DNA of 64,000 nt from an uncultured virus (IMG/VR IMGVR_UViG_3300037258_000725) (Duplodnaviria > Heunggongvirae > Uroviricota > Caudoviricetes). Shown piece after piece: positions 46,584 to 54,435 of the stretch. A program made the translations under genes and the position numbers. The DNA lies in IMG/VR virus record IMGVR_UViG_3300037258_000725; one strand, written 5' to 3'. Under the pieces are notes generated by a model. The model was not told the DNA's origin. It did no database searches and saw nothing but the letters and a program-made list of their open reading frames with translations. Positions within the stretch are counted from its first letter, which is position 1. Each line of letters opens with the position of its first letter.

Positions 46584-46625
46584 ATTACCGAAACCTACCA
46601 GGTCGGAGACTGATTCTCCGCGAAC
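46584..46625 (-). CRISPR. Single repeat plus 18-nt spacer sandwiched between two tRNA-Ser genes
   Basis: GTTCG-CGGAGA-ATCAG-TCTCCG-AC then CTGGTAGGTTTCGGTAAT, then the 5' G of tRNA-Ser(TGA). Confidence 0.65.
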
Positions 46626-46626
46626 G

Positions 46627-46715
46627 CGGTGAGGGAGGGATTTGAACCCCCGAGCCCCTTGGGGGGCTAGCTGCTTTCGAAACAGCCGCAATCATCCAGG
46701 CTCTGCCACCCCACC
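46627..46715 (-). tRNA. tRNA-Ser(CGA)
   Basis: Cloverleaf with long variable arm. Confidence 0.9.
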
Positions 46716-46733
46716 ATGGGTGCTTCATAAAAG

Positions 46734-46820
46734 CGGAGGGTGAGAGATTCGAACTCCCGAGGACTTGCGCCCAACCGGCATTCCAGGCCGGCGCCATAAA
46801 CCAGACTAGGCGAACCCTCC
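46734..46820 (-). tRNA. tRNA-Ser(GGA)
   Basis: Cloverleaf with long variable arm. Confidence 0.9.
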
Positions 46821-46993
46821 ATGTTCAGAACTGTTCAGAACTGTTAAAGATCGTTCCTCCCATTGCCGGGCCATCCAGTGTGGTGCTTACATGGGTGGTG
46901 GTAGCTGGCATCTGTGGGCCCCTTCAGGTGCGGCTGTGGTGAGGAACGGGAAGAAGCAGGGTGCTGTTGCCGCGGCACCCTGCCTCACCAATG

Positions 46994-47085
46994 CGGAGCC
47001 TGAGAGATTCGAACTCTCGACGGTGGTATAACCCCCGAACCTGATTAGCAGTCAGGCGCCATAGACCGGACTAGGCGAAGGCTCC
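46994..47085 (-). tRNA. tRNA-Ser(GCT)
   Basis: Cloverleaf with long variable arm. Confidence 0.9.
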
Positions 47086-47141
47086 ATGCAGGTGGTACGA
47101 TCCGGACTTGGCGGCACCAACCCAGACAGGAGCATCCACCC

Positions 47142-47330
47142 ATGACCGGCACTCTCAGTCTCATCCGTCTGGCTAGGCCCCGGACCAAGCTCCTCGTCCT
47201 GCTGTTCCTGGCGCTCGCGGCCCTGTTCCTGGCTGTGAGCATCGTGCACCCCGAGTTCCTGGGGATGGCCCAGACAGCCCAGGACCACGCGGTCCTGGCG
47301 GCAGGCAGCAACGTCCGATACCACTCGTGA
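47142..47330 (+). CDS. Small membrane/secreted peptide
   Basis: AGGAG RBS; one hydrophobic helix. Confidence 0.45.
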   Translation: MTGTLSLIRLARPRTKLLVLLFLALAALFLAVSIVHPEFLGMAQTAQDHAVLAAGSNVRYHS

Positions 47331-47415
47331 CCCGCTGGTACGAGTGGGTCATAGTCAACCTGGCGGCAACGATTGCCCTGATCATCGGGGTGATCGGTGC
47401 CGCTGGTGTCTTAGG

Positions 47416-47500
47416 TGCCCCAGGAGAGATTTGAACTCTCACACCCTTGCGGGCACACGGGCCTGAACCGTGCGCGTCTGCCTGGTTTCGCCACCGGGGC
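47416..47500 (-). tRNA. tRNA-Leu(CAG)
   Basis: Cloverleaf with long variable arm. Confidence 0.9.
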
Positions 47501-47543
47501 TAGGCGGGGCAGGTGGGCTGTTTCCAGCCCAGACCCGCCCCAG

Positions 47544-47616
47544 AGCGGACGACCGGCCTCGAACCGGCGATCTCCTGCATGGCAAGCAGGTGCGTTACCA
47601 ACTACGCCACGTCCGC
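47544..47616 (-). tRNA. tRNA-Gly(GCC)
   Basis: Cloverleaf. Confidence 0.9.
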
Positions 47617-47756
47617 ATGGAGCTCTCCCACTCCCCCAGTTTCCCCCCATGTCCTCACAGGTTGGGGGAGTGGGAGCTCAAGCCACCGCTCTAGGCCAGG
47701 GCTTATTATCGGCCTGGTCCAGCAGGAACGCGGTAGCCACTGCCCTGCTGTTTCTG

Positions 47757-47829
47757 AGCCGCCACACGGGATCGAACCGTGGACCTTCTCCTTACCATGG
47801 AGATACTCTGCCGACTGAGCTATGGCGGC
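47757..47829 (-). tRNA. tRNA-Thr(GGT)
   Basis: Cloverleaf. Confidence 0.9.
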
Positions 47830-47862
47830 AAGGGTCAGAGGAATGCCCCTCTGTGGGCCTAG

Positions 47863-47936
47863 CTGGCCGCCCTGGGTTCGAACCAGGACAATTCCAGGGC
47901 CAAAACCTGGTGGGCTGCCAATTACCCTAGCGGCCA
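47863..47936 (-). tRNA. tRNA-Gln(TTG)
   Basis: Cloverleaf. Confidence 0.9.
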
Positions 47937-48259
47937 TCCTCCCGTGCCTTGCGGCACGGGTCACACAATGTCTTGATCCATCCGCCCGGGTGGCCAGACT
48001 TGCACACTCCAGGCTTGCCGCAGGTCTCACACACCTCCGCAGACAGGGCCTCGTAGCGGCCCAGAACCGCCCAGAGCTCCTCAGTGCCACGCACCAGGTA
48101 CACGACCAGCCTGCCGAACTTCTCCTTGACCTGGGCGGTCTCATAGCCGGGGTCGATGGTCATGAGCTCGATGTGGAGGCCGCGGAGCAGGCCCAGCCAG
48201 CCAGGGCCAATGTCATGGGCGTGGTCAGTGACTGGGCCACCCTGAGCGAATGGCATCAC
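47927..48259 (-). CDS. Conserved phage hypothetical protein
   Basis: 'GPGW..L...QVKEKFG.L..Y...E..S...CETCGKPG...GWIKTLC'. Confidence 0.7.
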   Translation of the reverse strand: MMPFAQGGPVTDHAHDIGPGWLGLLRGLHIELMTIDPGYETAQVKEKFGRLVVYLVRGTEELWAVLGRYEALSAEVCETCGKPGVCKSGHPGGWIKTLCDPCRKAREDGR

Positions 48260-48272
48260 TTCCCCTTCCCAC

Positions 48273-48350
48273 TGGAGCCGCCTACCCGGGTCGAACGGGT
48301 CACCTGCCGCTTACAAGGCGGCTGCTCTGCCTGCCATGAGCTAAGGCGGC
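48273..48350 (-). tRNA. tRNA-Thr(TGT)
   Basis: Cloverleaf, CCA. Confidence 0.9.
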
Positions 48351-48537
48351 TAGATCCTGCGCTCCTGCGTGACTGAGGCTGGACAGTGCTGGGTGTGCCA
48401 GGAACACAGCCCGCCGCGGCCGACTCGTCGGCGCAGGCAGCCCAGCCGCATCCAGCCATGAGACCTGTGGCGGCATCGCCCCTGGTGCCTGATCACGTTC
48501 CGCTCCCCCATGTTCACGTTCCGCATTCATCCTAGCG

Positions 48538-48621
48538 TGCGCCCACCCGGATTTGAACCGGGACACCCTTGCGGGCACGGCCCCCTCAAGACCGCGCGTC
48601 TGCCTGTTCCGCCATGGGCGC
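48538..48621 (-). tRNA. tRNA-Leu(GAG)
   Basis: Cloverleaf with long variable arm. Confidence 0.9.
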
Positions 48622-48629
48622 GCGTTGAG

Positions 48630-48702
48630 AGCCCGGGAGCGGCCTCGAACCGCTGGCCTCTCGTTTACGAGACGAGTGCTCTGCCGACTGAGCTACCCGG
48701 GC
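48630..48702 (-). tRNA. tRNA-Thr(CGT)
   Basis: Cloverleaf. Confidence 0.9.
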
Positions 48703-48806
48703 ATGGGCGGCAATTGCAGGGATTCCTCCCAGCGTCACCTGGGCATCGGTTTATGGCCGCTGAGGTACCTGACACAGCCCTCTACTAAAACCCTGCAATT
48801 GCCTAG

Positions 48807-48878
48807 CTGAGGTACCAGGACTCGAACCTGGATCGAAGGGACCAGAACCCATCGGGCTGCCAATTACCCCATACCCCA
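48807..48878 (-). tRNA. tRNA-Gln(CTG)
   Basis: Cloverleaf. Confidence 0.88.
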
Positions 48879-48879
48879 T

Positions 48880-48958
48880 TGGTGCGGACGGTGAGATTCG
48901 AACTCACACTGTGCAGTTTTTGAGACTGCCGTCTCCTGCCAGGTTGGACTACGCCCGC
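48880..48958 (-). tRNA. tRNA-Leu(CAA), short variable arm
   Basis: Cloverleaf, CCA. Confidence 0.85.
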
Positions 48959-49177
48959 AGAACCGGAAAGAGAACGCAAGCCTCTTTCCGGACTGGCACA
49001 CGCCGTTGACCGGGGGTGCTCCCCCGATGCCGGTCACCCGCGCTTACAGCACTCTCACGCGGGCTCACGCCTCCTGTGCCGGGAGGTGGCAGGGCGCTCC
49101 TAATGCCAGGCAACGTGCGCACATTGCAAGGCCGGGACACCGTTTAAAACCGATACCGCAGCATCGGTTCCCTAGCG

Positions 49178-49249
49178 TACGCCGTGAGAATTACGATATC
49201 TCAACCCCCCGGTTAAGAGCCGGGTGCTCTGCCTTTGAGCTAACGGCGC
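49178..49249 (-). tRNA. tRNA-Lys(CTT), non-canonical T loop
   Basis: Cloverleaf; T arm GAGAT-ATCGTAA-TTCTC. Confidence 0.8.
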
Positions 49250-49338
49250 TTGGTTCACTCACTGTTGAACGGTCGGAGACAACTCTCCGCGAGTGGCTGC
49301 CTGACTGAATGCCTCGTCGGAGACAACTCTCCGCGATA
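49250..49338 (-). CRISPR. Mini-array: 2 repeats with 21- and 22-nt spacers between tRNA-Gly and tRNA-Lys
   Basis: GTCGGAGACAACTCTCCGCGA at 49272 and 49316. Confidence 0.75.
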
Positions 49339-49339
49339 G

Positions 49340-49410
49340 AGCGGACGAAGGGAATCGAACCCTCGTGACCAGCTTGGAAGGCTGGAGCCCTGCCACTGGG
49401 CCACGTCCGC
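49340..49410 (-). tRNA. tRNA-Gly(TCC)
   Basis: Cloverleaf. Confidence 0.9.
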
Positions 49411-49514
49411 ATGATCAATAGTGCGCGTGTCGTTGCGAGCCAATTTCAGCCGCCTACCGCTCGGACAGGTCACCTGCTTTGGGCTGGCCGTCTCTGGCGT
49501 AGCAGGGCCCACAG

Positions 49515-49583
49515 TGACACGCCTGGATTCGAACCAGGGGCCTCCCCGGTTAGGGGCGAGTCAGCCACCGACTCTCCGTGCCG
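49515..49583 (-). tRNA. Degenerate tRNA-like element
   Basis: Perfect T arm CCTGG-TTCGAAT-CCAGG, GGCACG/CGTGTC acceptor, shrunken anticodon arm. Confidence 0.45.
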
Positions 49584-49642
49584 CACACAGGCTGCGCACT
49601 TCCTGTGCTCCAGAATGCAGGCCGATCATTCCTGCATTCCCG

Positions 49643-49716
49643 TGGTGCCGGGTGGGATCGAACCACCGTCCTCATGCTTTTCAGGCAAGCGCTCATACCG
49701 ACTGAGCTACAGCACC
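49643..49716 (-). tRNA. tRNA-Phe(GAA)
   Basis: Cloverleaf. Confidence 0.9.
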
Positions 49717-49918
49717 ATGTCGGGGGTTCGCTTATCCCAGGACAGCCCCCAAATTCGGGCCCTGCATGCGTGCAGTCAGTGGGCCCACTGACTGCTTGAG
49801 TTCACCGCCCGGCTTGAGGTGCCTACCGCTTGCCCTATGAGCAGGCCAAGGAGTTGCACCCAGGCCACGGACCTCAATACCAGCAACGGATCACTGGGCA
49901 GCACACCAGCTACCCAAG

Positions 49919-49992
49919 TCGGGATGACTGGATTCGAACCAGCGGCCTCCTGCTCCCGAAGCAGGCGCCCTGCCAAGCTGGGCCACATCCCG
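49919..49992 (-). tRNA. tRNA-Pro(CGG)
   Basis: Cloverleaf. Confidence 0.9.
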
Positions 49993-50079
49993 AAAGGTGC
50001 CAGGGCTTCCTCTCAACTGCCAGTTGACGGTGACAGGCATCGCCTGGCCGTCCCACTACCCTGGCCGGGTAGTCTTCTG

Positions 50080-50153
50080 TCGGGATATTCGGATTCGAAC
50101 CGAAGACCTCCTGCTCCCAAAGCAGGCGCCCTGCCAAGCTGGGCCATATCCCG
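50080..50153 (-). tRNA. tRNA-Pro(TGG)
   Basis: Cloverleaf. Confidence 0.9.
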
Positions 50154-50155
50154 TC

Positions 50156-50596
50156 CATGCTGGGAAGGGTGGACCGGGAGTTAACGTGATCCCGGCTTTA
50201 CTCCAAAGGGCGAACCTCACCCTTTCCAGCAATGAGCATTGCTACTCTGCCATCTCATACAGGCAGTTCCTGTCGGCCGAATCCTCGCTGCCCAAGCCAG
50301 CGCCCATTCGGGCGTCGAGACCCAAGACGCGGCAGCAATGCCGCTTTAGTGCCTGCTCCCATCAGATGCCAGGACGCCATTTACCAGGCGCTGGGCCTGG
50401 CATTGCGCTCAACCTGTCCCGGACGGCATTCCCTTAACCCCGTCCTGGCCGTGGTGCCATTCGCAGGCAAAGTGCTGAGTGGGCTTGATATCCAGGGCTA
50501 TCACACACCCTGGCTTTCGCAACATGTATCCGGCCACCCCACGCCGCCCTTTCCTAGGATGACGACGCACAATGCCGGGGCCTCTCGGCGCCCACC
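50156..50596 (-). ncRNA. Candidate large structured ncRNA
   Basis: About 440 nt between tRNAs, no convincing ORF, many adjacent hairpins. Confidence 0.4.
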
Positions 50597-50598
50597 CG

Positions 50599-50672
50599 TG
50601 GACCGCTCCGGGCTCGAACCGGAAACCTTCTCCTTGCAAAGGAGTTGCTCTGCCAATTGGAGCTAGCAGCCC
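50599..50672 (-). tRNA. tRNA-Ala(TGC)
   Basis: Cloverleaf, G3-U70. Confidence 0.9.
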
Positions 50673-50854
50673 TTAGAGCCGGGGTGGCGCCGCCAGTGGG
50701 ATTCCCGGCGACAATTTCAGCGGGTCGGCCCCATGAAGCCTGCCCGCCACCTGTGCTCCATGGAGCACCCCCGGACGTAAATGCGGGCCTCTGCCAATTG
50801 AGGTACCAGCCCAGGAGTGGACTGGACGAGACTCGAACTCGCAACTTCCCGCTG
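50673..50854 (-). ncRNA. Circularly permuted tRNA-like element with structured extension
   Basis: 3' half (50818-50854) precedes a complementary 5' half (starting at 50812) in transcript order. Confidence 0.5.
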
Positions 50855-50927
50855 TGGAGCTACACGGAATTGAACCGTGGACCCCCTCCATGCCATGGAG
50901 GTGCTCTACCAACTGAGCTACAGCCCC
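50855..50927 (-). tRNA. tRNA-Ala(GGC)
   Basis: Cloverleaf, G3-U70. Confidence 0.9.
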
Positions 50928-51067
50928 GAGCTACCAGGCCTGAGCTCAGGGACCCCTCCCTGAAACTCAGCCTGGCCAGCCCTCCTGCCGCCCACCGCGG
51001 GGGGGTCCCGCTACCCGGTGTTACCCGGGGCGGGCCCGCAGCCGGCAGGACGCTTTAATTTGGACAC

Positions 51068-51120
51068 AAAAAAAGCCGTGCAGTCCGGGCCGAATGGGAA
51101 ATTGGCCAGACTGCACGGCT
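51068..51120 (-). terminator. Rho-independent terminator
   Basis: AGCCGTGCAGTC...GACTGCACGGCT followed by a T-run on the minus strand. Confidence 0.7.
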
Positions 51121-51253
51121 GTCTCATGTTGAAAGCAGGGGTGTGCCAAGGTGCTGGGCATCCCTGCCTTGAGCTAACCGCGGAGTCTAACCGCAGGCCC
51201 CACTGGCCTCCTGGATGACAGCTATTTTTGGGTGGTCTGCTGCCGTGACCAAG

Positions 51254-51326
51254 TGGAGCTAGCGCGACTTGAACGCGCGGCCCCCTCGTTGCGAACGAGG
51301 TGCTCTACCTGCTGAGCTATAGCCCC
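51254..51326 (-). tRNA. tRNA-Ala(CGC)
   Basis: Cloverleaf, G3-U70. Confidence 0.9.
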
Positions 51327-51500
51327 ATGTCGGGGACTCCTGCCTGCACCCAGCGGGCGCAGGCAGGAGTCCCCTGCTAAATGGTGTTCACGCTGTGCAG
51401 TTGTGCCCGGGCGACCCATGCTCGTGGTGAGCTCGTTGGCCTTCTGCTACCCGGGGGCCGGTCACGGGACCATCCACGCGCTTAGCCCGGCACCCTTTCG

Positions 51501-51573
51501 CAGGGACGGAGGGGTTCGAACCCGCAACCTCCGGTTTTGGAGACCGGCGCTCTGCCAGTTGAGCTACATCCCT
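51501..51573 (-). tRNA. tRNA-Trp(CCA)
   Basis: Cloverleaf. Confidence 0.9.
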
Positions 51574-51786
51574 ATGGGTGGGTAGTGCTATTCAGTTGTT
51601 CCTGGATAAGCGGAACCGCCCGCCTGGAGGGGTTCTCCTGGCGGGCGGCCGGCTGGCTCTGCCTTCTACGGCTTACCCGCCGACCTCCAGGGAGGTCCCC
51701 TGCTCGCGCGACACACACGGCTGGGCATCTTTGTGCCAGGCCGCAATCGCGGGGTTAAGGAACCTCTGACTGTACGTCATGCCCCC

Positions 51787-51816
51787 ATGGTAAACCGGGC
51801 CTGGTGAGTTTGGCAA
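51787..51816 (-). promoter_or_regulatory. Candidate promoter for the tRNA region
   Basis: TTGCCA-18 nt-TACCAT with an AT-rich upstream tract. Confidence 0.4.
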
Positions 51817-51875
51817 CGATATTTTCGTGCAACTTTCACCAGACCCGGTTTCCCCCTGGTTGGCGGCCCAGGGAG

Positions 51876-53084
51876 TCAGGTGGTGGCGAGCTCCAGCAGG
51901 GGGCCCAGCTTGGCCAGCAGGGCCTCATGCTTGCTCCGGAGAACCTCCCTGGCCCGCCGCTCCTCCTGGAGCTCACCCCGGAGCCGCTCGACCTCAGCGG
52001 TGTCCCCGGTGCCCTGGGCCAGGAACGCGCCCAGGAGGTCATGAGCCTGGCTGGCCGCGGCCACAGTGATCCGGCCATCCTCGATGACCAGCTTGGCGGG
52101 CACATGGTGCGGGGCATGCTGGTGCGGCTGTGGCCGTGCCAGGGGTGGCGGAGTGGGGGGCCGGAACATCGGGCCCGAAGGTGCAGCCTCAGCCCTGAGG
52201 GCCACAGCCGGGGCTGCGGCGGGTACTGGGGGCACGGCCGGGGCCGGGGGCTCAGGGGCATCAGCCACCTGGGCAACGGCATCGGTGAGCTCACCAGCGG
52301 CCAGGGCTTCCCTGGCCTGGCGGGCACGCTCACGGCCAGCATTGGCCACGGTCCTGCGTTCGGGCGGGGAGGTCAGGGAGTGAGTGAACCTGAGGTGCTT
52401 GGAGAACCCGTTCAGGTCAATGGCCGGGTAGCCGCACTCCCCGCTGGGGGTCTCCAGCGGACACAGATACTCAGCCTTCTCCAGGAACTGCTGAGGATGC
52501 TCTTTGCGCTCATGCTTGTAGCGGGAGTGCGGGTCCGCGAACGGAGGATGAGAGCAGTAGTGGCAGGGATGGATGCCTGGGGTCTCCCTGGAATCCAGGG
52601 CCTGCCTGGCCGTCAGGCCCGCTGGAGCCGACGAACGGGCGGGCCTGGGTGTGGCTGCCCCTGCCGACCGGACGGCCCGCTGGTAGGTGTCTGGCCGGAT
52701 GTTGCTCCACTCGGCCGGGAACCACCACTTTGCGCCAATCCCGGCCGTGCCGATGTTGACCGCATTGCCGGTGGAGGTGAGCCACCCAGCCACTGAGTTG
52801 CGGAAGTACTGGGCCCCCGAGCGCTCTTTGTACTTCATCTCAATGGCGGACTTCATGGAGCCGGTCCACACATACCCGGGCACACCGTTATGGTCTTGCC
52901 CGGTAAATTCATCCCGGCCCACAGGGGTGGTGCGCCGCCGCTCGATGAGCAGGCGCCACACCTCCCATGCCTCATACCCGAACTTGTAATCGTTGAGGCC
53001 AGGGGGCGCAGGACCATCGTTGACCGAGGTGATGGTGGCCATTTCCCTGACTGATGCGGTCAGTGTTGCTTGTGCTGGTGACAT
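51876..53084 (-). CDS. Protein with two C2H2-like Zn fingers and a C-terminal coiled coil
   Basis: 'CHYC...HERKEH' and 'CP....C...HLRFTH'. Confidence 0.65.
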   Translation of the reverse strand: MSPAQATLTASVREMATITSVNDGPAPPGLNDYKFGYEAWEVWRLLIERRRTTPVGRDEFTGQDHNGVPGYVWTGSMKSAIEMKYKERSGAQYFRNSVAGWLTSTGNAVNIGTAGIGAKWWFPAEWSNIRPDTYQRAVRSAGAATPRPARSSAPAGLTARQALDSRETPGIHPCHYCSHPPFADPHSRYKHERKEHPQQFLEKAEYLCPLETPSGECGYPAIDLNGFSKHLRFTHSLTSPPERRTVANAGRERARQAREALAAGELTDAVAQVADAPEPPAPAVPPVPAAAPAVALRAEAAPSGPMFRPPTPPPLARPQPHQHAPHHVPAKLVIEDGRITVAAASQAHDLLGAFLAQGTGDTAEVERLRGELQEERRAREVLRSKHEALLAKLGPLLELATT

Positions 53085-53143
53085 GCGAGACTGCCCCCTG
53101 GCGTTGAGAGTGGTGCTTATCGAGAAGGAGTGGAGCTCAGGCC

Positions 53144-53488
53144 TCAGGCCACGTTCGCTTCATAGAGCGCAACCACATCCCGGGGGATGCGGCCCCGCTC
53201 AGCCACATGGCGGCCATTCAGGGCGTGCTGGCCCGCTGGGGACCTGATCCAGTCACGGATGCTGGCCGTCTCAGCCCTTGGGGTCCTGCGGCCGGCACCC
53301 CTCCTGGCGGTCTTCCGGGTGGCCCGGGCGACATTGGTCCACCTCACCTGAGCGGCGGTGAACTCCTCGTCATGCTTCCCGCACAAGTCCACCTCGTACT
53401 CAGTGCCATCGATGGAGAATCGGCGGGTGAACTCTGCCTCAGTCCCATCGTCATCGCATGTTAGGAGGACATGAACCTTTTGAACCAT
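53144..53488 (-). CDS. lsr2: Lsr2 nucleoid-associated protein
   Basis: 'QKV...L..D.DG...F.IDG.EYEVDL', 'IRDW...G..V..RGRIP..V...YE'. Confidence 0.92.
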   Translation of the reverse strand: MVQKVHVLLTCDDDGTEAEFTRRFSIDGTEYEVDLCGKHDEEFTAAQVRWTNVARATRKTARRGAGRRTPRAETASIRDWIRSPAGQHALNGRHVAERGRIPRDVVALYEANVA

Positions 53489-53602
53489 GTGTGATCCCTG
53501 TGATTGCGGCTATTCAAGACGGTGCCGATCCTACACTCGCATTCCAGACCGTCAAGCCATCTTGTAATATCCACCCTACTTGACCTGACCTGGGAGGTTG
53601 CG

Positions 53603-53821
53603 ATGGCTACTGATGACCCAATCAGGGTTGGCGGCATGGGTGAGTGCTGCGTGACTGCTATTTACTCAGCCAAACCCGGCCGTGAGAACGACATGATCAC
53701 CTGCACTGCCCACGATGGCATGGGTGAGCCTGTCCTCAGGTACCGGAATGGGGCCTGGGAACGCCTCACAGAGCGCCTGGAGAACGGCGGGACGTTACGG
53801 AGGGGCCCAGCCAGGGGCTAG
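53603..53821 (+). CDS. Hypothetical protein
   Basis: GGAGG RBS. Confidence 0.4.
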   Translation: MATDDPIRVGGMGECCVTAIYSAKPGRENDMITCTAHDGMGEPVLRYRNGAWERLTERLENGGTLRRGPARG

Positions 53822-54357
53822 AACGCCAGCCTGCCCTGGACCGGCTGAGGCCGTGAGCCCCTGGGCTGAGGCAGCGCCACCCCATGCTCATAGTCCTGGA
53901 CCGGGATGCCAACCTTCCGGGCATAGCTGGCACAGTCCCAGGTGCCGCCCTGGTTGACCGCACCCTTCCGGTAGAAGGCATGCCCCTCTTTGATCAGGCC
54001 CCGCCGCTTGCTGACCATGGCCTTGTTGCGGTAGTTCCCCTGGGCCCGGCAGATGGTGCCACCTCGGTAGCTCCTGGGCCGTGGCCCATGGCGGCACTCA
54101 GGACGGCAGGGAGCTCCCCAGTCGGCTGGGTGCCGGTCCTGCTCAACACAGAAGCCCTGGGCTTTCCTGGACTCCACCCACTCCCGGGCGAATCGGTCAA
54201 CCCCATTCTCGTTGCGGTTATCCCCATGAACTACCACAAGGCTTTGGTAGTTGGCCAGAAGGTCATCTAATACTGACCAGACATGCTCTTTCAGCCTATA
54301 GTGACGGCTACCTGTCACTAACACCCATGTTGGCTCAGGCTGAGCACTGCCGATCAC
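53818..54357 (-). CDS. SLOG family (DUF2493/YspA-like) protein
   Basis: 'VLVTGSR', 'VVHGD', 'G.DR.A', 'PADW', 'G..RN..MV', 'GT.DC...A...GIPV'. Confidence 0.85.
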   Translation of the reverse strand: MIGSAQPEPTWVLVTGSRHYRLKEHVWSVLDDLLANYQSLVVVHGDNRNENGVDRFAREWVESRKAQGFCVEQDRHPADWGAPCRPECRHGPRPRSYRGGTICRAQGNYRNKAMVSKRRGLIKEGHAFYRKGAVNQGGTWDCASYARKVGIPVQDYEHGVALPQPRGSRPQPVQGRLAF

Positions 54358-54435
54358 GTTTCCTCCTGAGTGGCCCTGTGCACTGGATAGTGCCGCCTAT
54401 GGCCAGGGCTGGTCAACCACCAACGCACCATGTGG

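Noticed and set aside
5240..49338. Repeats as terminators, REP elements or DNA operators (stoperators)
   Set aside because: No U-tails; variable loop length and compensatory changes argue against a DNA-binding site; guide-length spacing and linkage to cas12m fit crRNA better
1632..49387. Self-targeting by guides: 12-nt matches of guide starts at 1632 (CGCTCACCTTCA), 46325 (GCCGCTTGGCTG) and in tRNA-Gly(TCC) (CTCCAGCCTTCC)
   Set aside because: The matches break after about 12 nt, share no TTN-like PAM and are plausible by chance in GC-rich DNA; my search was by eye and not exhaustive
50673..50812. Calling the permuted element a tmRNA (one frame reads ...ADPLKLSPGIPLAAPPRL*)
   Set aside because: It has a D stem, is too short, shows no evident pseudoknots and the tag does not end in AA; kept only as tRNA-like
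51170..51225. Mini tRNA-like fold with a GCGG-TTAGACT-CCGC arm
   Set aside because: Acceptor pairing is weak and there is no D arm; could be chance
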